Origin: Opitutales bacterium
GTDB taxonomy: Bacteria > Verrucomicrobiota > Verrucomicrobiia > Opitutales > Seribacteraceae
Direction: 5' to 3'
Assembly (NCBI GenBank): GCA_900299365.1
Contig: OMJS01000013.1
Span: 939-64,938, forward strand
DNA: 64,000 nt
Made by a program: the position numbers and the translations under genes. Of the stretch, positions 18,175-27,927 are shown piece after piece. The number at the start of each line of letters is the position of its first letter. Within the stretch, counting starts at the first letter, position 1. Below the pieces are notes generated by a model, which was given only the letters and a program-made list of their open reading frames with translations, was not told the DNA's origin and ran no database searches.

Positions 18175-18414
18175 TTACCCTTCACCATCCAAGTTGGCTT
18201 TTGCTTTTTTGGTCTGCCAAACCATAAAAAGTCCATAACCAAAAAACAATAATCCATTGATCAAGATCAAGGGATTACTCATATCATTTATCTCAACCCC
18301 AAACAGACAGATACCCACTCCAGCAAATACCCATCCTAAAAGAGAACGGAAATAAATGACCTTTCTGAAATGTTTTATACGTTTGGTCTTTTCTTTATCT
18401 GAAACTTCGCTCAT
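18175..18414 (-). CDS. small membrane protein (2 TM)
   Basis: 79 aa with two clear hydrophobic helices and a lysine-rich N-terminus. Confidence 0.5.
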   Translation of the reverse strand: MSEVSDKEKTKRIKHFRKVIYFRSLLGWVFAGVGICLFGVEINDMSNPLILINGLLFFGYGLFMVWQTKKAKANLDGEG

Positions 18415-18434
18415 GCAGTTTATCTATTGAAGAA

Positions 18435-19106
18435 TCAATTTCTGTCTAAATCTTTACCAGCAATATCACTTGGAAAATTTTTCTCAAAAGAAAGCTTTAA
18501 ATTTTCTTTAATCAGATCGTCGAATAGCATTTCAGCTCTTTTATGTAATCTTTGCACTTCGAGCATGGCTTGTTTGCGGATGGAATTTTTGCACAAGGTG
18601 AATGCAGCCAAGTCTATAAAAGATGAATCGTCTTCAACCATAATCAGGTATTCAAGGGTTTCCTTACTTACATCACCCCCAAGTTTATTATTCTGCTCCA
18701 GAGCATCGATAATTTTATTTCGGCATATAGGTTTCCCCTTTTCAACAATCGTATCAAAAACTTTTCCACTTACCACCCGGTAGGGAGATTCCCGAACAAT
18801 TTCTCTTATACGAATGCGCGAAACTCCTTGAAGCATGACAAATGAAGTACCGTCTTCATGTTTTTTTGAGACTCGAATAAGTCCAATGGTGGCAACATCA
18901 AACGGTGGTTCTTCCAATGTGCCATCAGTCGGATGTCTCTCCCTCTCCGCAACAATAGCAAACATTCTTTCCTTCTTGAGTACATCCGATAACATTATTC
19001 TGTATCTATCTTCAAAAATTCTCAAAGGAAGCATTGCACTGGGAAAAAATACAGTATCCCGAAGAGTCATTACCGGAAATTCGGACGGAATATTCAACTC
19101 ACTCAC
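18435..19106 (-). CDS. LON N-terminal (substrate-binding) domain protein
   Basis: FPVMTLRDTVFFPSAMLPLRIFEDRYRIM is the typical Lon N-domain start. At 223 aa it has no ATPase or protease modules. Confidence 0.8.
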   Translation of the reverse strand: MSELNIPSEFPVMTLRDTVFFPSAMLPLRIFEDRYRIMLSDVLKKERMFAIVAERERHPTDGTLEEPPFDVATIGLIRVSKKHEDGTSFVMLQGVSRIRIREIVRESPYRVVSGKVFDTIVEKGKPICRNKIIDALEQNNKLGGDVSKETLEYLIMVEDDSSFIDLAAFTLCKNSIRKQAMLEVQRLHKRAEMLFDDLIKENLKLSFEKNFPSDIAGKDLDRN

Positions 19107-19180
19107 AAATTAAATGTATACAAAAAGTAGATCGATACAAAAAAGAGGAAGATAATTGAGATTGTTCTGAGAAAAGAAAA

Positions 19181-22100
19181 TTATTGAGCCCAAGCAGCAT
19201 CTTTTAAATCAAGGCTAATTATATTATCCCCGTTGTTAAGACTGATGGGGCTAGACCATACCACTCCTACCTGACCAAGAGTGGATGCACCAATGATAAA
19301 ATAATTTCCATCAGCAAGATCATCCACATTACCCACCCCAAGGGAATTGGTTTTTATTCTTCTTAAACTTGCCCGTGCCAATGCATTTCTAATTTTCGCA
19401 GCAATTCCTGGAAATTGGTAGCCTCGCTGAACAGACCGAGCCCAGTATTCGGCATGTGATTGGATGCCGTCCTGAGTGGGTGGACGAATACCCTCTTCAC
19501 TAAGAACAGCAGACAGGTCACGATTGACTAGAAAAAACTCAGTAAAACCAGCGGGTCTAACCTTGTTGTCTAAAAACTGTACTTTTGCTTGAATCTGAAG
19601 ATTTGCGTTTCCACCATCATCATTTTTGATGGGTATTGGATTTCTGACGGAAGGTAGGATATTTCTTGGTCGTGCAGGAGAATATTCGGGTAAAGAACTT
19701 CTTTGGGACGAAGAATATGCTGGTTCAGTATAAGACCTGGTGCGGGGATTTTGTGTACCAAGATTTGGAGAAAAACTACTCGGATTGGAAACTTGTATCA
19801 TCGAACCCCGACTTCCACCCCCTTGAAGAACACGTATTGCCTCGCGAGCAGCTATTAAAGCCTTCTCTAAAGATTGAATCCGAACCTTTGCATCCGACAA
19901 TTCTTCGTTCAATAAATCAGATTTCAGCTTCGAAGCCTTTCCTCGTTCCAGAACCTCTTGTTTGATAGAGCGGGCATTGGAAAGTTCATTTTTTAAATCA
20001 TCAATTATGATACGCTCTTGGTCCAATTCTACCGTAAGTGTAAGATTTCGTTGATTTAGTTCTTTAATCCTACCCTCTAATGCATCGCGACCAGGAACAG
20101 AACTCATAGCGGCAAGTTGGTCTTTCAATAGATTATTTTGTGACTTTAAGTCCTCCAATTCACTCAATTGTGAAACATTGATTACGGGTTGTGTGTTGCT
20201 AGCAGTATTTTCAAACTCACGCATTCTGGACTGCAAAGAGGCAAGGTTCCTATTGGCGAATTCTAATTCTTCACGCAGTCTTTGTGTTTCCATTTTTGCC
20301 TGACTACTGGTGTCTTCTGCTGCTTGTAACTGCATTTGCAACTGAAGCACTTGGTTTCTAGCAGAACTATCTGAACCCTTGACAGATAGCTGGGCAAGTT
20401 CATCTCTCAAGCCATTAATTCGGGCATCCTTCTCGGCAACCTGATTAGTAAGGTTTACATTTTCACGGCTCAAAGTATTGATTTGCCGTTGCATATTTTC
20501 TCCAACTTCATCCGCCTGATTCCGAGCATTTACCAAGGATACATCTCTCAACCTTCTATTTTCATCCTCCAAATTATCTAAGCTGGACTTCAAATTAGAA
20601 AATTCATTAACAACTCCCTGGAGTTCTGTATTGAGACGCAATCCTTCATCCTTACTATTTTTGAGTTTTTCTTCTAGTTCTTTAACTCTGGGATCAGTCA
20701 TTTCCTGAATGCTGAGCAGATCGCTTTGCAAGGCCAACATTTCTTGCTGCAATTCAACAAACCTAGGATCATTAGAAATATCATTTCCATTGGTCACTCT
20801 TTGCTCAAGTGCAGTGACTAGATCTTCAGTCTCTGCTCTAAGTTGTTCAGAATTTCTTAAAGCATTGGTCAATTCATCAATCCGAGTTTGAGCTTTTTCT
20901 TGGGCAAGATTTGCTCGTTTAGTAATTTCATCAATGGTTTCTTGGCTTGGATCAAGGGCTGCGAGTTCTTCGAATTTTCGGAGACGGTCTTGTGTTTGTT
21001 CGAGTTCCATCTGCAACTCAAAGCTCTCGGCTACTGCCCGCCTGAGTTCTTCCTGCAGTTCAGTCATTTCTGGAGCTCGAGAACTTGTGTTTGCGTACTC
21101 TTCTTTAGCCGCTTTCAATTCCTCTCTAAGGGCATTAATTTCTTCGATAAAGATAGCCTTTTCATCGATTGTAATTCCATCTTTTTGAGTAGGAGCAGCA
21201 GAATTTTCAAGCATAGCAAGCTCAAGCTCCGCCTCGGCTTGTTTGGAAATCATATCTTCGAGTTGGTTATTTAACTCTTCGATAGTTTGGTTTGCTTGAG
21301 TAAGCTCTTGTTCAAGTAAATCAACATTGGCATCGTTTGGTGAAAATTGCCTGCCCTCCATTTGTTCAATTTTAGCTAAAGCCATTTCCAACTTCATTTC
21401 TAAATCCATAGCTTTTTCGATCATTGAAGGATCCTCGGCAGGTGGCTGAGCGTTGGAAAAGCTTTCGTCTTGGGAAATCTGACCAGATGCTTTGGTATTT
21501 TCGAGCTCTTCGAGTTTGCTTTGGACCAAGGCTAACTCGTTCTCCAAGGCTTCAACCATGGCATTATCTTTAGGGCTACCTGATTGGAGGGCAGACTTCA
21601 GCTCGTCATTTTCATTTTTTAATGCCGCTAGTTCATCTTCCATTTGTGCAAGCGAACCAACCCCAAATTCATTGAGCTCACGCTTGGCCAAGGCCAGTTC
21701 GTTTTGCAGTGCTTCGATAGTTACTTTATCGGTAGCTAAATTCGATTCGAGGGTGGACTTAAGATCGTCGTTTTCATTTTTTAAAACCGCCAATTCGTCC
21801 TCCATTTGAACAAGTGAACCTACCCCAAGCTCTTCCGATTGAGATAATTGCTTTCTTAATCTTTCAATCTCTGCATTTGAGGATTTTAATTTTGCTTGTA
21901 AATCAGAACTGGTTCGGAGTTGAGCAACCTGAGATCCGCTATTCGTCTCCCGGAGGAGTGCAATCTCAGCCTCTAAATTTTGCACTTGGTCTTGGAGGTT
22001 TCTTTTTTCATTTTCCACCTCTTCAAATTTTGCCAATTGTCCGGACATTGTGTCTGCCAACTCGCTTCTCAAGTTATCGACTTCTAAATTAGCAGCCTCC

Positions 22101-24544
22101 GCTTCCTGAAGACTTTCCTGCAATATTCTTATGGTTCCCAAAGCTTCCTGTAATTGGGCAACTGCGTCTTTTGTTTCCAAGGATTCGGAAATTCCAGTCC
22201 TTTTCATTTGAGCAATTTCTGCCCGAGCGGCTTCGAGTTCAGATTTCAGTTCGGAAACTAAGATTTTTGATTCACTGGTAGTTTCTTGAAAGATCTCCTG
22301 TTCCTCAAACATTTCATTCCGTGCATCTTCCAGCTGCATTTCTAAATTATTTAAGCGATCAGAAAATTCGTCTTGCATATTTTCTTTTTCCTCAAGAGCA
22401 ACAACGAGTTCAATCTTTGCCCGGTTTAGCTCATCTTTTAGAGAGCCCACCACTTGATCGCTCGTTTGGGTTTGAACGGACTGAGTTTCCTTGGTGTCTT
22501 CCAGTACTTGGTTTAAGTCCTGTAATTGACCAGCAATTACTTTGACCACTTCCAGTTCTTCCTCGAGGTCCTTCTTTTGCTGGGCCAGTGAAGTGACTTC
22601 CTGATCTTTACTGGTTAGTTCTAATTCCCTGCGGGACAACTGATCTAACGCCTGTTTGTTTCGAGCCTGTGCCAATTCAAGTTCCTGACTTAGTTCCTCG
22701 ATCACTTCAGATGCTCTTTTCTGTTCATTAGCAAACTGATCTGACAGTAGCCTGATTCTCGATTCGGAAGCGGCTAAATCTTCTTCCATTTCAGTAACAA
22801 AAGGAACCATTGGCATTTTACCCTCTGCGGCTTGCTGAAGGACAGACTCAGCCATTTGGGCCTCTTCCTCGAGTTTCTTTATGGTTGTTGCAAATTCAAA
22901 TTCGCGCTTGGCAATCTCCTCTTTGGTGTTGGCAAATTCTCGCCTGACTTGATCCAGTTCGGTTTGAGTGGTTTGAAGTTGGTCCTGCAATGTTAAGACA
23001 TCTGCTGAAAGTCCCTCACGATCAGCTAAGTTTCCTTTTTGTAAACGTTCGATCTCAGTGTTAGCGGCATTTAATTCAACCAATAATTTGTTTACAAATG
23101 CAGGACTAGCTGACCTAGATGGAGTCTCTTCCATTTGCTCCATCGTACTTTTCAATCTGAGCAATTCTTCTTGAAGCTTATCTTTTTCAGATAGTTCAAT
23201 TTGCATACGAGCTATTTCACCTAGTGATTTTCTTAATTCATCTTGCAGGTTGACAAACTCCTGCGTGCCCGGTTCGACCGGTAAAGCTTGTGCAGATTCT
23301 AATGCTCTCTTGGTCTGTGCTAATTCACGTTCCAGAAATGCAAGACGCTCAAAGTTTGCACCACTTGAATGAGCCATTTGCCGAGAGTAATCTAGTTCTC
23401 TTCTGGTTCTTTCAAGTTCTGTGGTAATCGAGCTTATCATGGCGTTGGAACGTTGCTGCTCAAGAAGCAGGCTTTGTCTTGACTGGCGTAAATCTTCCCT
23501 CGCCTGTTCAAGCTCTCGCTCCAAACGATTAATCTCCTTACTGACTGTCTGGGCAGTAGCAGGCCCACCATCAGTGGTTCTGTAGAGACTTTGCTTGGAG
23601 TTTTCCAACTCTTTAATAATCATCTGAGATTCTTTTACATTGGTCTGCAAAGAGACGATTTCACGATAGGCCTTGCGCAAGTCTGACTTTAATTCTGCCG
23701 AATCTGCGGATAATTCGGTTTGAAAACTTTTGGAATCATCAAGTTCTTTTCTTAATCGAGCGATTACAACATCCTCATCCATGTTTGAATTTGGCGATAA
23801 ATTGCCAAATTGATTGGTGGAGGAAAGTTGTACTTTCTTTCCGATTTTATCGGAATGCCTCAGAGGAAGTGCTTCTCTTGCTTGAATGACGGAGGAGATT
23901 TTTCTGCCCAAAGAAGTGGTTGGTTGTACCTTACTTGTTTGATCTGGGGGTGTGGGTAGGTTTTGAGCAAATTCAGTATCTACTTGATCGTTCAAGGATG
24001 AAAGTTCGTAACTGAAATCTTTTTTCAGGCCGCTCGCCATAGTCGAGAGTGCTTCAAGTTCTACCAATGACCCTTCTAGGTTTTCATGGAGTGCAAGCAA
24101 GGCCGGCCGGGTTTCTTCTAATCTACCCGCAAAATTATTTTTTAAATCCGAAAAAATGTCTTTTAAATCAGAAACCCGGGTGGCTGTCTTTTCAATTGAT
24201 TGATCCAAAGATGTTTCACGATCTTGATAACGGGATTTGAGGTTATTGAATTGGGCTCTTAGTATTCCCTTGGCCTCTTTGCTTAGATCTGAAGTTGATA
24301 ACTTACTATCAAAAGAAGAGATGCCAGAGTGTAAGGATGATTGGAAATCGTCTCGTATAGCACCAAGTAAGTCTTCCGAATTGGAAATTTTCGAAGAAAC
24401 GGATGCAGCAATTTCATCTGCACTTAGTTCTTTTATATCTATCGACTCTTCCAGTTGACTGAATGCTAACGAAACCAATCCCAAAAAAAACAGCGGTAAG
24501 CCAAACCAGCCTTGCTTAATAAACGAAAGACAAGAATTTCTCAT
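19181..24544 (-). CDS. giant exported coiled-coil protein (about 1787 aa) with C-terminal globular domain
   Basis: Single 5.4-kb ORF. The ATG at 24544 gives MRNSCLSFIKQGWFGLPLFFLGLVSLAFS|Q, which is signal-peptide-like. About 1500 aa are E/L/Q/K/R-rich heptad-like sequence, followed by an S/P-rich linker and a roughly 170-aa non-coiled C-terminus. The ORF-track start at 24604 adds 20 aa. Confidence 0.85.
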   Translation of the reverse strand: MRNSCLSFIKQGWFGLPLFFLGLVSLAFSQLEESIDIKELSADEIAASVSSKISNSEDLLGAIRDDFQSSLHSGISSFDSKLSTSDLSKEAKGILRAQFNNLKSRYQDRETSLDQSIEKTATRVSDLKDIFSDLKNNFAGRLEETRPALLALHENLEGSLVELEALSTMASGLKKDFSYELSSLNDQVDTEFAQNLPTPPDQTSKVQPTTSLGRKISSVIQAREALPLRHSDKIGKKVQLSSTNQFGNLSPNSNMDEDVVIARLRKELDDSKSFQTELSADSAELKSDLRKAYREIVSLQTNVKESQMIIKELENSKQSLYRTTDGGPATAQTVSKEINRLERELEQAREDLRQSRQSLLLEQQRSNAMISSITTELERTRRELDYSRQMAHSSGANFERLAFLERELAQTKRALESAQALPVEPGTQEFVNLQDELRKSLGEIARMQIELSEKDKLQEELLRLKSTMEQMEETPSRSASPAFVNKLLVELNAANTEIERLQKGNLADREGLSADVLTLQDQLQTTQTELDQVRREFANTKEEIAKREFEFATTIKKLEEEAQMAESVLQQAAEGKMPMVPFVTEMEEDLAASESRIRLLSDQFANEQKRASEVIEELSQELELAQARNKQALDQLSRRELELTSKDQEVTSLAQQKKDLEEELEVVKVIAGQLQDLNQVLEDTKETQSVQTQTSDQVVGSLKDELNRAKIELVVALEEKENMQDEFSDRLNNLEMQLEDARNEMFEEQEIFQETTSESKILVSELKSELEAARAEIAQMKRTGISESLETKDAVAQLQEALGTIRILQESLQEAEAANLEVDNLRSELADTMSGQLAKFEEVENEKRNLQDQVQNLEAEIALLRETNSGSQVAQLRTSSDLQAKLKSSNAEIERLRKQLSQSEELGVGSLVQMEDELAVLKNENDDLKSTLESNLATDKVTIEALQNELALAKRELNEFGVGSLAQMEDELAALKNENDELKSALQSGSPKDNAMVEALENELALVQSKLEELENTKASGQISQDESFSNAQPPAEDPSMIEKAMDLEMKLEMALAKIEQMEGRQFSPNDANVDLLEQELTQANQTIEELNNQLEDMISKQAEAELELAMLENSAAPTQKDGITIDEKAIFIEEINALREELKAAKEEYANTSSRAPEMTELQEELRRAVAESFELQMELEQTQDRLRKFEELAALDPSQETIDEITKRANLAQEKAQTRIDELTNALRNSEQLRAETEDLVTALEQRVTNGNDISNDPRFVELQQEMLALQSDLLSIQEMTDPRVKELEEKLKNSKDEGLRLNTELQGVVNEFSNLKSSLDNLEDENRRLRDVSLVNARNQADEVGENMQRQINTLSRENVNLTNQVAEKDARINGLRDELAQLSVKGSDSSARNQVLQLQMQLQAAEDTSSQAKMETQRLREELEFANRNLASLQSRMREFENTASNTQPVINVSQLSELEDLKSQNNLLKDQLAAMSSVPGRDALEGRIKELNQRNLTLTVELDQERIIIDDLKNELSNARSIKQEVLERGKASKLKSDLLNEELSDAKVRIQSLEKALIAAREAIRVLQGGGSRGSMIQVSNPSSFSPNLGTQNPRTRSYTEPAYSSSQRSSLPEYSPARPRNILPSVRNPIPIKNDDGGNANLQIQAKVQFLDNKVRPAGFTEFFLVNRDLSAVLSEEGIRPPTQDGIQSHAEYWARSVQRGYQFPGIAAKIRNALARASLRRIKTNSLGVGNVDDLADGNYFIIGASTLGQVGVVWSSPISLNNGDNIISLDLKDAAWAQ
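21503..21826 (-). repeat. 162-nt (54-codon) tandem duplication inside the coiled-coil gene
   Basis: GVGSLVQMEDELAVLKNENDDLKS... is followed directly by GVGSLAQMEDELAALKNENDELKS.... The DNA marker ttttcatttt sits at 21609 and 21771 (spacing 162). Confidence 0.85.
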
Positions 24545-24655
24545 GTTGATCACAATGGCAAAGCTGGGGGGCAAAGCAAGAACGGATTTATTACACCTAA
24601 ACAACGGATTAAACCATAAAAGGCTTTAAATCAAAATATTATGTAAATAATGGAG

Positions 24656-24739
24656 TGCCCGGGGGGGGAATCGAACCCCCACATCCTCACGGATACCAGA
24701 TCCTAAATCTGGCGCGTCTACCAATTCCGCCACCCGGGC
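24656..24739 (-). tRNA. tRNA-Leu (TAG)
   Basis: The reverse complement folds with acceptor GCCCGGG/CCCGGGC, anticodon stem CCAGA/TCTGG with loop TTTAGGA, a long variable arm (ATCC-GTGA-GGAT) and T-arm GGGGG-TTCGATT-CCCCC. CCA is not encoded. Confidence 0.9.
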
Positions 24740-24780
24740 ATGTTAAATGTCATGTCTTCACTGCTATTTTGGATAATCAC

Positions 24781-26325
24781 TTAGAACGCATCTCCAATTG
24801 AACCTTGCCAGATCCCCAAAACAATGGATGCAACGACTAAAGAAAGAATTACGGTTTTGATTAAGCCGCTATTTTCTGAACCCAACCACGAATCGTGGCT
24901 AGGTTCATCATCTTCGAAGACTGGTCGGGGGTGAAAACAAATTTCCCGAAGCCAACCAAAATAATAATAGATTGAAATTACCACTCCAATAACCATCGCA
25001 GTTAAGGAAAAATAAAGTTTAGTCTCAAATGCTACGCTAAAAAGAAGTAATTTTCCAATAAATCCAGCAAGTGGAGGAATTCCCGCAAGAGAACCTATCC
25101 CGACCACTAGACTAAAAGCGGCCCATGGTTTTTTCTTCGCGAGATCCTCATAATCCGAAAACTCATGCTCCGCATCATCAGAAACATTTGCAATTCCCAT
25201 AATTCCAAAAACGGCAAATGAAGCCAACAAGTAGGTGAATAAATAGAAGAAAAGAATCCAGACAGCCCGATCGCTACTTCCTGGGAGAATCATGGATGCC
25301 ATGACCGCGACCATTAGGTATCCAGCATGAGCAACTCCAGATAAGCCAAGCATCCGCTTGAGGTTTTTTTGTGAACAGGCGGCAAGGTTACCAAAAAATA
25401 TTGTAAAAGTGGCAACAAATCCAAGAAGTGGGAGTAAAAAATCACTCATCCCCGCAAAGGGACCATTAACCAAATTCAGTAGGACAAAAAAACCAGCAGC
25501 TTTTGATGAAACTGCTAAGAATGCCGTAACTGGCATAGGTGCACCATGATATACATCAGGTACCCATATTTGAAAAGGGGCTGCACCGATTTTAAATGCA
25601 ATACCCGAGATTATAAGAACAACCCCGGCTTTGAGAAGTAGATGGTTGGGGTTTTCCGAAAGAAGATGATAAAGGGCAGAAAAAGAAAATCCATCAACTT
25701 GCCCAACCGTTGGAGTGATAGCTCCCCACGCTTCTGGATTGGCCCCCACCCCATATAATAAAACAATACCAAATAATAATAGGGCGGAACTCAAAGCCCC
25801 AAAAATCAAATACTTTATCCCTGCTTCCAATCCTTTGGCGCATTCCCTGTTGTAGGCAACCAAAGGATAAAAACATAAAGCCACGGTTTCCAATGCGACA
25901 AAAAATAAGATGAAATTTTGTGTTTGGCAAAGAATCATCAGTCCGGCAGTCGCTACCATGGTTAGGTGATGGAATTCTCCGATCCTCAATTTCCTCACCC
26001 GTAGAAAACTTTGAGCAAGAATTGAAACAATGAGAGAGGATAATAAAAAGAAGCTTCGCATGATATCCTCATGCATCCCATGTTTGATCATACCCGAAAA
26101 ACTATGGCGGTCAAAAGTATGCCTTAGTAGCAAATAATCAAACAAATGAATAAGGAGCAGAAGAAATTGAAATAAGATCGCAAAATTTCCAGACCGATCA
26201 TGGAAATTTGATGATTTTGAAAATAAGTTTATTCCTATAACAATCAACGCTCCAAGGCATAGGGAAAGCTCCGGCCATAACTCGCCCCACAAATTATCAT
26301 TGGCAAATCTTAAGTAGGCTTCCAT
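24781..26325 (-). CDS. nuoN: NADH-quinone oxidoreductase subunit N
   Basis: 514-aa antiporter-like membrane subunit and last gene of the nuo array. Confidence 0.9.
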   Translation of the reverse strand: MEAYLRFANDNLWGELWPELSLCLGALIVIGINLFSKSSNFHDRSGNFAILFQFLLLLIHLFDYLLLRHTFDRHSFSGMIKHGMHEDIMRSFFLLSSLIVSILAQSFLRVRKLRIGEFHHLTMVATAGLMILCQTQNFILFFVALETVALCFYPLVAYNRECAKGLEAGIKYLIFGALSSALLLFGIVLLYGVGANPEAWGAITPTVGQVDGFSFSALYHLLSENPNHLLLKAGVVLIISGIAFKIGAAPFQIWVPDVYHGAPMPVTAFLAVSSKAAGFFVLLNLVNGPFAGMSDFLLPLLGFVATFTIFFGNLAACSQKNLKRMLGLSGVAHAGYLMVAVMASMILPGSSDRAVWILFFYLFTYLLASFAVFGIMGIANVSDDAEHEFSDYEDLAKKKPWAAFSLVVGIGSLAGIPPLAGFIGKLLLFSVAFETKLYFSLTAMVIGVVISIYYYFGWLREICFHPRPVFEDDEPSHDSWLGSENSGLIKTVILSLVVASIVLGIWQGSIGDAF

Positions 26326-26330
26326 TTCAA

Positions 26331-27917
26331 CTATTCAGTTGGATTTGAATTTTCATTGGATTGAACATCATCGACTGGACAGCAAGCAGGTCTACCTTGA
26401 GACATAATCCCATCGAGACTAGAATATCTGCGATCAATTTCTTGGTCGATCCTGGTGGAAATTGATTGGGGCCAAAATCCAATTAACAACAGAGCAGATA
26501 ATATCAAGGATGCAGGAAGGAGTTCTGTTTTAGTCAAATCAGTGAGTTTGGACTTTTCGACCTCAATTGATAATTCTTTGCTTTCCTCTCCGAAGAAAAT
26601 CCGAGAAACCGCACGGAGTCCAAATATCGCAGAAAGGATGATTCCCAACGCGGCAATGATAAGAAAAGTTAGATGATTAGAAGATTCTCCAAGTGAAAGA
26701 AAAATTCCAAATTCACCCCAAAAATTCCCAAAACCGGGAAGACCAATCGTGGCCAAAGTAGCTGCAATGCAGAAACATGCCAGAAGAGGGGTTCTTTCAC
26801 CAAGGCCACCCATTTCGCTCATTTCAAAAGTATTGGTTCTTTTGTAGGTATAACTAGCCAATAAGAACATTAAAGCGACTGAAAGTCCGTGAGCACACAT
26901 CAGCATAACCGCAGAACCAATCCCAAGCGTACTGCATGCTCCAATTCCCAAAAAACAATACCCCATATGCATGACTGAACCATATGATATCATTGATTTA
27001 AAACTGGTCTGGGCTACGGCAACCATACCAACCAATAAAATATTCCCAAGGGCTAACCACATAAGCCAGGGGCTCCAACTGAAGGCAGCATCAGGTAGCA
27101 AAGGAACGGCAATTTGAATTAGTCCATAGAGACCAAACTTTTTCAACACACCCGCATGCAACATGGAAACTGAGGTGGGTGCAGCATCGTAACCCCGAGC
27201 AGCCCATGTATGGAAGGGAAAAAGTGCCACTAGTATACCAAAACCAAAAAGCAACAAACCAAATACCTTTTGGGCGGTTGAATCAAGGATGGCAACCTCT
27301 GCAAGGGCGGATGATAAATGAGGGAAATCAAATTTTGGAGCGTCGACAAGAACATTGAGGGCAACTAAACCGCCAAGGGAAATCAATGCACCTAGGGTTA
27401 AATAAATTGTAATTTCTAGGGCAATACTTCGTCGATCACGCCCACCCCAAATTCCAATCATTATAAAGGTGGGAATGAGGGCAAATTCATGGAAGAGGTA
27501 ATAAAAGAAAAGATCCACGCTTGCAAATAAGCCCATCAACCCAGATAGCATAAATGCGAGCAATCCGAGATAAAGATGCAAGCGTTCGTTTCCAGAGTGG
27601 ATTGCGGCTAATCCCGCCCCAAACCCAACGATTCCTGCCATTGCAAAGAGTGGACTAGAGACTCCGTTAAGACCTAAATGGAAAGTAATTCCAAGCTCTT
27701 GCAACCCCATCCGGTCATAAAGTAATTCAAAACAATAACCATCAGATGATTCGAATTTCAAAAACAGAATGACACCGGCAAGGAAGGGAAATCCAAAGAT
27801 GAGGTAGCCAACTTTTTTTAGCAAATCATCGTTTTTGGGATACCCCAAAAAGAACATTAGCGAACCAATGACGGGAATGATAATAGATCCAAGTAGGAGT
27901 AATGTATCGAAATTCAT
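26331..27917 (-). CDS. nuoM: NADH-quinone oxidoreductase subunit M
   Basis: Antiporter-like subunit. ATG at 27917 (MNFDTLLLLGS...) avoids overlap with the nuoL stop at 27928. Confidence 0.9.
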   Translation of the reverse strand: MNFDTLLLLGSIIIPVIGSLMFFLGYPKNDDLLKKVGYLIFGFPFLAGVILFLKFESSDGYCFELLYDRMGLQELGITFHLGLNGVSSPLFAMAGIVGFGAGLAAIHSGNERLHLYLGLLAFMLSGLMGLFASVDLFFYYLFHEFALIPTFIMIGIWGGRDRRSIALEITIYLTLGALISLGGLVALNVLVDAPKFDFPHLSSALAEVAILDSTAQKVFGLLLFGFGILVALFPFHTWAARGYDAAPTSVSMLHAGVLKKFGLYGLIQIAVPLLPDAAFSWSPWLMWLALGNILLVGMVAVAQTSFKSMISYGSVMHMGYCFLGIGACSTLGIGSAVMLMCAHGLSVALMFLLASYTYKRTNTFEMSEMGGLGERTPLLACFCIAATLATIGLPGFGNFWGEFGIFLSLGESSNHLTFLIIAALGIILSAIFGLRAVSRIFFGEESKELSIEVEKSKLTDLTKTELLPASLILSALLLIGFWPQSISTRIDQEIDRRYSSLDGIMSQGRPACCPVDDVQSNENSNPTE

Positions 27918-27927
27918 AGCTTGAAAA

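Noticed and set aside
20709-22545. Several long plus-strand ORFs (for example 20888..21274 at 128 aa and 21492..21809 at 105 aa) antisense to the giant coiled-coil gene.
   Set aside because: The antisense of E/K/L/Q-rich codons is naturally poor in stop codons. The translations are low-complexity S/F/L strings with no motifs, and the minus-strand ORF is continuous for 5.4 kb.
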